Below are positions 57,285 to 64,000 of a stretch of DNA of 64,000 nucleotides, one piece after another. The first letter of the stretch is position 1. Each line of letters begins with the position of its first letter. The stretch lies in IMG/VR virus record IMGVR_UViG_3300025387_000009, one strand, 5' to 3'. A program made the position numbers and the translations under genes. This stretch comes from a virus. Taxonomy: Duplodnaviria; Caudoviricetes. Under the pieces are notes generated by a model. That model had not been told where the DNA came from, did not search any database, and worked only from the letters and a program-made list of their open reading frames with translations.

Positions 57285-59084
57285 ATGGCTACCAATCCTG
57301 TTTTCGACCAAAGTTCATATGTTGCCTTTGATGGTACAAGCATCCGTGATTTAATTATCAGTAAATTAAACCAAGGACAAATTTTTACTGATCAAAATTA
57401 TCAGGGGTCAAATTTATCAGCTTTAATAGACGTTATTGGTTATTCTTTTAGTACTCTTTTATACTATCTTAATAAAACATCCTCCGAGAGTATGTTTACA
57501 GAAGCTCAACTTTACGAGAACATGAATCGTATTGTAAAGCTTTTAAATTATAATCCTGTTGGAAGATTAGGAGCAAATGTTCCTTTTACTATGACAGTTT
57601 CACCAGCGGTTGTTGCTGGGAATTACACTATTCCAAGATATAGCTATTTAAACGTTGGTGGTACAATATATTCAGTTAATCAGGATATAAATTTTACAAA
57701 ATTTACACCATATCAAGAAGTTATTTCAAACATAGCAGACACCTATTTGGCATACCAAGGAATATTTCAAGAGTATCCGCTTTATACTGCTTTAGGTATC
57801 GATAATGAAATTTCTTTCGTTACGTTACCACCTAATGTATATATTGATCACTTTAATATTTTTGTATTTGTTAAACCAATTGCAACTGGCGTATGGCAAG
57901 AATGGACAAGAGCAACTGATTTATTTTTATATAATGCTAATGATACAGTTTACGAAGTAAGATTCAATCAAAATAAAAATTACGAAATAAAGTTTGGTGA
58001 TAATGTTAACGGTAAAGCATTGAGCACCGGAGATCAAGTTCAAATTTATTATTTACAAATTGATCAAAACTCTCAGGGTATTGGGCCTAACGGATTGAAT
58101 AATTCACCTTTGGTTCCTTACAATTCTGTAACATTCAATCAAATCATCAAGGACGTATCAGTTAATCAAAATTATTTAACAATTAATCAATTAAGTCAGG
58201 TATCTTTAAACAATCAATATCCATCAACAGTTTATACAATCGAGGAATCTGTTGATTCTATTCGTAATAACGCACCGAATGCATTTAGATCGCAATACAG
58301 ATTAGTTACTACAAAGGATTATATAACATATATAAATCAAAACTATTCCAATTTATTATCCGATATACAATTGGTTGGTAATGATGATTACCTATCTGGT
58401 CATATTGCATATCTTTATGATATAGGATTAAATGCACCTCAATTAGAAAATAGAATTTTAATTAACCAAGTCAACTTTGCAAATGCTTGTAATTTCAATA
58501 ATCTATATCTCTATGTTGTCCCAAGCAGTCCGCTTCAAAACTATTTAAATTCCACTCAAAAGGAAATGATAATAAATGGTATTGCTCCATATAAAACGAT
58601 TACATCGGAAATTGTTCCAATGGACCCTGTTTACATATATATTGATTTTTATTTACCAAGTCCATATGTAAAACCCTCTCCAAATGATCTTGGTAATTCT
58701 AAATTAATCATAACAAAAAATCCAAACACGAGACGAGCAGATACTGCAATTTTAAATGATGTTCAAAATATTTTCAACAAAGCATTTAATAGAAATACCA
58801 ATAAACTAGGTCAAATAATTGACATCTATCAATTATCAACAAGTATATTAAATGTTGATGGTGTTCAAAGAGTGCAAACGTATCGTTCTGATATAGATAC
58901 GTATGTAGAAGGTGTATCTTTACTTTTTTGGGATTATGTGTACCCTGAAAATTATTCAGAGGTTTATACGCAAAATGTAAATTTAAAATATTTCCAATAT
59001 CCTATATTTAACAATGTTTCAAATATAGCATCTAGAATTACCATACAAGAGACAACTGGTTCCATTAAAGCGGCTGATTTTTAA
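57285..59084 (+). CDS. gp6: Baseplate wedge subunit (T4 gp6-like)
   Basis: FTDQNYQGSNLSALID, YEIKFGD, ESVDSIRNNAP and QYRLVT..DY. Confidence 0.88.
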   Translation: MATNPVFDQSSYVAFDGTSIRDLIISKLNQGQIFTDQNYQGSNLSALIDVIGYSFSTLLYYLNKTSSESMFTEAQLYENMNRIVKLLNYNPVGRLGANVPFTMTVSPAVVAGNYTIPRYSYLNVGGTIYSVNQDINFTKFTPYQEVISNIADTYLAYQGIFQEYPLYTALGIDNEISFVTLPPNVYIDHFNIFVFVKPIATGVWQEWTRATDLFLYNANDTVYEVRFNQNKNYEIKFGDNVNGKALSTGDQVQIYYLQIDQNSQGIGPNGLNNSPLVPYNSVTFNQIIKDVSVNQNYLTINQLSQVSLNNQYPSTVYTIEESVDSIRNNAPNAFRSQYRLVTTKDYITYINQNYSNLLSDIQLVGNDDYLSGHIAYLYDIGLNAPQLENRILINQVNFANACNFNNLYLYVVPSSPLQNYLNSTQKEMIINGIAPYKTITSEIVPMDPVYIYIDFYLPSPYVKPSPNDLGNSKLIITKNPNTRRADTAILNDVQNIFNKAFNRNTNKLGQIIDIYQLSTSILNVDGVQRVQTYRSDIDTYVEGVSLLFWDYVYPENYSEVYTQNVNLKYFQYPIFNNVSNIASRITIQETTGSIKAADF

Positions 59085-59090
59085 TAGATT

Positions 59091-62000
59091 ATGGCAAGCT
59101 CATATATAATTTTAAATCCTCCTAATTTTGGTTATACTTTAACTACGGATTTTACATTTGTTCCTGATAGTTACACTGCCCAAAATTATAATCAATTTTA
59201 TTGGGATCTTGGTGACGGAACAACTACTACACAGATTTCAGGAAATCATATCTATACTTCGCCAAATAATTACACGGTTGCTTTAACAGCTTATAATATT
59301 ATTAATGGTAATGTTAATTCACTTACTAGCGTATCAACAAACGTAAATGTCAGTTTATTTAATACAAATTATCCTAATGGATTTGCTAATGCTACGAATT
59401 TTCAATTTATAACTGATAATCAATTAGCAACTTTAGGATATAATACTTATTATTGGGATTTTGGTGATTATTCAAGTAGCAGAGAACCAAACCCAACACA
59501 TTTATATAAATTACCAAACAATTACAATGTAACATTAACCGTATACGATAGCGCAGGTAATTTCTACAAAGAAACTCATCCTATAAATGTAGAGTTATTT
59601 TTAAATGAATCAATATATTTTGAAGTCTTACCTCCTCCAACTTTTGCGGGTCATTATAATCGTTATCCCTTTAAGTTAGTAATAACTTCATCTAGCACAG
59701 AACCTCATTATATAGATTTAGGTGCTCAGTTTTCGAAATCTTATCAGTACCAAGAACCCGAAAACAATTGGTCGTTTCTAAGACCGCAGTGGAGATTTTT
59801 AGATTTAAATGGTAATCAAATAGATTCAATTCAAACAATAGATACACCAGTTGCAATCGATGACACCGGAAAATTAAATCCCACTGCTAATGTTGTTGGC
59901 GTTTCGGGTTACGCAGAATTTTATTTTGTTGATGATCTTTATAATACAGATTTATATTTAAATAATAAACCATATAGTACAATAATTGCTACACTTAGAA
60001 CATCTGGAATACGTTCGTTTAATGATTCTTATAATTCAGATAATAACACACCAAGCTTTTCAAATAGTTTAGCAACGGTTTCTGTTCCTCATATTTTTAC
60101 ATTCAGAGAACCCGATTACATTAGCATAACGCAAAATGGAATATCACCAATATCTAAAATTAGATTTATAGGTCAAGATAACCCAATTTTAGTAAATCTT
60201 AAAGTTAATTCTTATTATATATTTGACTATCTCGTAGATGGTAACGGAACTCTTATTGCAAACTCAAATGAGTTTATACACTATATACCAGCCGATGGTA
60301 CAACTTATTATGAATTGTTTAGTTCGGTAAATATCCCATTTCAATTAAGCGCAAAAGATTTAGCAGGTGATATTTTAACTTTTAATTATACGCCGACACC
60401 AACCGAATTTGAATTTAAAGATTCGAATGGCTTCTTAACATCAGGATACTATAAAGGATCTTTTGTTAATAATCAAAGTGCAATAGATTCACAAATTGAT
60501 GCTTCGGGATCTTTTCCGATTTTACCTGCATCAGCAATAACGATAAATCCAATTTTATGGATTTCCAATCCAAATGCTGGAATGCTTACTACATCTCAAT
60601 ATCAAAATATTGTAAATTTATCATCTGTTTATTTGCATACAAATGCATTTAATATGCCAGTAATACAAACATACAATACAGAATTTCAAAATGATGTGAT
60701 GGCGGTTTCTGGTATACATGGAATCAATGCTATTGCTGCTTTGCCATTACCAAGTTATCATGCATGGGCAACGGATACTGAATTAAATAAATTATATAGA
60801 ATTAATTCTGTTGGTAATATATTAATAGAAGTCGATTTAAATAGTATTATTAACAACTTGCAATATAGTTTAACCGCATTAAACTTTTTAATTCCTAATC
60901 AGTTGTCTCCGGTTTCTCTTGCTGTTGATTCGAATGAAAATGTTTGGGTTGCTTGTTTTGATACGCCATATATATTAAAATTTGATAAACTTGGAAATTA
61001 TATTCAAACGGTAACATTTAATTCATCTCAGATAAGCAATCCAGACTTTTTACAAGCATGGATTGATCAATCTAATCAATGGGTTGATCCAAGCACTTTA
61101 CCAACAAATTATACAAAAGTTGATACAGAAGATAGTTATCCCATTCAACCGACTTTTATTGATACAGATTTAAACAATAACGTATGGGTAACATATTCCA
61201 ATCCATTTAGTGGTTGGTTAGTTAAATATGATACCTATGGAGCCATATTAACATCTATTCAATTTCCATATTATAAATCGCCAAATGAAATAGTTTGTGA
61301 TACAAATAATAATCTATGGGTTTCTTTAAATGATGAAATAACACAAGCTGGTATTAATAATGGTTATTTACAATATATAAACGGAACAACAGGTGCAGTG
61401 ATATCATCGTTCGGTCCTTTCAATTCCGTCAATCATCTTACCATCGATACTAATCAAAATGTATGGTTTACTTATAGCTATCACTTTTTAGGATCTATAA
61501 ACCCTAATACAGGAGCTACAATAACTTTCCCTGTAACTAGCACGACATATTCAAATAACACACCACAATGGTTTAACAACAAAATCAATTCTGATGATAC
61601 TGCATTAGAAGGAATCTGTAGTGATTTTTTAAATAGAATTTATGTGATTAATTCATATGAAAATGCTGTATATATTATTGATGCAAATAGTACAAATATA
61701 ATAGATCGTTTTTATATACAACCAAAAGGATTTACACCATATTTAAGTGCAGCCAATACTGCAACAATTTTTGATTATAATAATTGGTCTAAATCAGCGC
61801 AAGCTAATGGAGATTGGTCTGGCTTTAGATGGATAAGCAAATATTTCTATAATAGAAACAATGGTTCATACGTAACCGATTCAAATGGTGTATTGTATAA
61901 AAACATTGTCGGTTCAACTTCTTCCAATTATATTAATTTTTATCCGCCAGATTATTATGATCTTTATAAGATCAATGAAAACTTTGACATGTCTGGTCAA

Positions 62001-62795
62001 CTGAAATCAGTTTCTTTTCAAGATAAACTAAATCAAAGTGAAAATCTTTTTAATTTCTTTTCAACTATATTTGGGTTGTCATCACATGATGATCTCGGTG
62101 TAAAATCATACGAAAAAACCGCAAATTATACTTCAAATATAGTAGATATAGATACGTGTAATGTTAATAATCTTTATGATCTAGCAGAATCTGTTGATCT
62201 TAATACAGATGATTTTCGTTTAAATTATCCAGTTGATATACAACGTTCAATTGATCTTTTAAGTATAAATCAAAGTAGATTATTTGGCAATACTCTAAAT
62301 GATAATTTTAATTTTGCGACTCCAAGCCAGTATAATAATTTTAATAGAGGCGATTTATTAGACACAAAAACTTATATGGTAACAGCAGGAATTCCTGTCG
62401 TATTGAAAGCCAAGTCTTTGAATTCTTATCGTTTAATTCCAACAGGGCAACTTCCCCTAAACGATGATGTTGTTACAAACTTAACAACTATGGGATTAAC
62501 ATCTTATAGTTTAGATAAATTAGCTTATTTTATTGGGTTAACATATTCACCTTATCCTTGGACACAATTATATGAATTTTATGAATTTGTTGCACCAGCT
62601 AACGAGATACTCGTTGAAAATACTGTGGATTGGAATAATCAATTCATGAACATCAACAGAGATGAATATTTATTAGCACTCACAAACCAAATTTCAGGCA
62701 TGTATCCCGACTCCTATCTTAACTGGAATAACGACAATGGTATGATTGAATTTATCTTCACCTATCAACTTTATAAAGGATTTGGTTTAATTTAA
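59091..62795 (+). CDS. Large baseplate-associated structural protein with PKD domains and beta-propeller-like repeats
   Basis: Two WD(L/F)GD...H.Y...Y.V.LT PKD motifs; repeated xxDxNxNxW blades; follows gp6. Confidence 0.65.
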   Translation: MASSYIILNPPNFGYTLTTDFTFVPDSYTAQNYNQFYWDLGDGTTTTQISGNHIYTSPNNYTVALTAYNIINGNVNSLTSVSTNVNVSLFNTNYPNGFANATNFQFITDNQLATLGYNTYYWDFGDYSSSREPNPTHLYKLPNNYNVTLTVYDSAGNFYKETHPINVELFLNESIYFEVLPPPTFAGHYNRYPFKLVITSSSTEPHYIDLGAQFSKSYQYQEPENNWSFLRPQWRFLDLNGNQIDSIQTIDTPVAIDDTGKLNPTANVVGVSGYAEFYFVDDLYNTDLYLNNKPYSTIIATLRTSGIRSFNDSYNSDNNTPSFSNSLATVSVPHIFTFREPDYISITQNGISPISKIRFIGQDNPILVNLKVNSYYIFDYLVDGNGTLIANSNEFIHYIPADGTTYYELFSSVNIPFQLSAKDLAGDILTFNYTPTPTEFEFKDSNGFLTSGYYKGSFVNNQSAIDSQIDASGSFPILPASAITINPILWISNPNAGMLTTSQYQNIVNLSSVYLHTNAFNMPVIQTYNTEFQNDVMAVSGIHGINAIAALPLPSYHAWATDTELNKLYRINSVGNILIEVDLNSIINNLQYSLTALNFLIPNQLSPVSLAVDSNENVWVACFDTPYILKFDKLGNYIQTVTFNSSQISNPDFLQAWIDQSNQWVDPSTLPTNYTKVDTEDSYPIQPTFIDTDLNNNVWVTYSNPFSGWLVKYDTYGAILTSIQFPYYKSPNEIVCDTNNNLWVSLNDEITQAGINNGYLQYINGTTGAVISSFGPFNSVNHLTIDTNQNVWFTYSYHFLGSINPNTGATITFPVTSTTYSNNTPQWFNNKINSDDTALEGICSDFLNRIYVINSYENAVYIIDANSTNIIDRFYIQPKGFTPYLSAANTATIFDYNNWSKSAQANGDWSGFRWISKYFYNRNNGSYVTDSNGVLYKNIVGSTSSNYINFYPPDYYDLYKINENFDMSGQLKSVSFQDKLNQSENLFNFFSTIFGLSSHDDLGVKSYEKTANYTSNIVDIDTCNVNNLYDLAESVDLNTDDFRLNYPVDIQRSIDLLSINQSRLFGNTLNDNFNFATPSQYNNFNRGDLLDTKTYMVTAGIPVVLKAKSLNSYRLIPTGQLPLNDDVVTNLTTMGLTSYSLDKLAYFIGLTYSPYPWTQLYEFYEFVAPANEILVENTVDWNNQFMNINRDEYLLALTNQISGMYPDSYLNWNNDNGMIEFIFTYQLYKGFGLI

Positions 62796-62830
62796 AGGAG
62801 AATTTTTGACCTTTAATAATAAATATTAAC

Positions 62831-64000
62831 ATGTATAGCGTATCTTCAGTACATTTTAGTGTATCAGCCAATGGGTCGTGGCCCATGGAAAGTTACGTTA
62901 TAACACCAACTTATTATAACAATAATGTTTTAGCTTTAAGTGCTATGAAGTACTTAAATCTTTTTAGATTTGTTGATAATCCTATAAATGATATAAACAA
63001 TATAATTGATGTATATGGACAGGTCGATTATAACTATGGAAATTCACAATCATTTCGTGATTCAGCTTCTGATACGTATCGTTTAATTTCAAAAACAAAC
63101 AATAGCACCTTTACTTGGGAACCATCATCATTAAGAAATAAAAATTTAGCACCACTTCTTAATAATTTTATTTTATCTATCAATACTCAAGATTTAGGAG
63201 ACAAAACTGTACCTGAGAATAATTCGATTAACTATCTTTCTGATACTGGCTATTTAATGTATCCACAAAGATTGTTTTTAAAACCGATTGCTCTTTCGGC
63301 TAACAATAATGGAACGTATAATTTAATGACATCGACAGTTTTATTATCACCAAATGTCATATTTTTGTCTGGTAATGCGGTTGAGCACGATTCATATTTA
63401 AAACATGTAAATTATAAAACAACTCAACCAAGCTTTAGTACAATAAGAGGAAATTCCATCCCAATTAATTTAGTTTACAGTTTATCGGCTACAAAATACG
63501 TAATAAATACCCTTTTTACGTATACACCTAATTATAATCCGATAACATTTACAACCCAATTAGAAGACAATAATACATATATTTGCCCCGAATCAATTAA
63601 TATAAAATATAATATATCAACTTATAGTGATTATTGGGCAAATTATTATTCAAATAATCCTGCAAAATCAGCATTATATTTAAACGGTATACCACTTGGA
63701 CAACTTTTTGCAGAAGAGCACCAAGATACTTGGTTTGATTTTAGATCATCTTTTATTAATAACTTTAATTTAAATTCTATAAATTATCAAACTTTACAAT
63801 TAACGCAAAGTACATTAAATCCAAACATAGCATTATCAGATGTTAGCAATTGTATTTTGTATGTAACTTTGTCATGTTTACCACCTACTGCACTCGCTTA
63901 TAAAAATTTAACTTATCTTGATCAGTATGGGCAAAGAATACCATATTGTAAACCAGATTATACTTCAGCAAATCAAAACTTTAAAGTAAAATATATTGCC
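62831..64000 (+). CDS. Large structural protein, truncated by the window end
   Basis: Not in the ORF track. ATG at 62831 behind TAAATA-N5; frame MYSVSSVHFSVSANGSWPMESY... read open by hand for the first several hundred nt. Confidence 0.6.
   Translation, partial: MYSVSSVHFSVSANGSWPMESYVITPTYYNNNVLALSAMKYLNLFRFVDNPINDINNIIDVYGQVDYNYGNSQSFRDSASDTYRLISKTNNSTFTWEPSSLRNKNLAPLLNNFILSINTQDLGDKTVPENNSINYLSDTGYLMYPQRLFLKPIALSANNNGTYNLMTSTVLLSPNVIFLSGNAVEHDSYLKHVNYKTTQPSFSTIRGNSIPINLVYSLSATKYVINTLFTYTPNYNPITFTTQLEDNNTYICPESINIKYNISTYSDYWANYYSNNPAKSALYLNGIPLGQLFAEEHQDTWFDFRSSFINNFNLNSINYQTLQLTQSTLNPNIALSDVSNCILYVTLSCLPPTALAYKNLTYLDQYGQRIPYCKPDYTSANQNFKVKYIA

Noticed and set aside
30273-57311. Short alternative-frame or antisense ORFs in fibre, portal, scaffold and capsid genes (e.g. 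47382-47732, 47389-47715, 52150-52386, 53747-54007)
   Set aside because: Explained by repeat or codon bias of the main gene; no independent evidence
1-64000. Stop-codon reassignment
   Set aside because: Core genes are full length under the standard code and TAA, TAG and TGA all end genes; the single break (FkbM) is a frameshift, not readthrough
1-64000. tRNA, rRNA, integrase or transposase
   Set aside because: None recognised; intergenic gaps are mostly too short. A tRNAscan-SE/Infernal run would be needed to exclude small RNAs

Overview
A 64-kb segment of an AT-rich, T4-like (large myovirus) dsDNA phage genome, read in the standard genetic code. It contains five blocks. (1) A minus-strand, tightly coupled operon of more than 15 kb runs from gp47 into about 19 glycan genes: heptose kinase, transaldolase, GmhA, three methyltransferases, an epimerase and many glycosyltransferases. 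(2) Replication, recombination and transcription genes: uvsY, uvsW, gp55 late sigma, primase, clamp loader subunits and GroES. (3) A lysis cassette with a candidate unimolecular spanin, a holin-like gene and a pesticin-type muramidase. (4) A 15-kb tail-fibre/adhesin block built from shared Ser/Asn repeat modules, interleaved with two sulfotransferases and a GT9-like transferase. (5) Rearranged head, neck and baseplate genes (gp20, 15, 13, 4, 21, 22, 23, 16, 25, 6). The most notable signals are a putative self-contained heptose/methyl/sulfate glycosylation system, two promoter classes both placed so that transcripts would start at the ATG (leaderless), and a set of late acidic proteins with capsid-targeting-like N-termini. 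All family assignments come from motif recognition by eye, not database searches.
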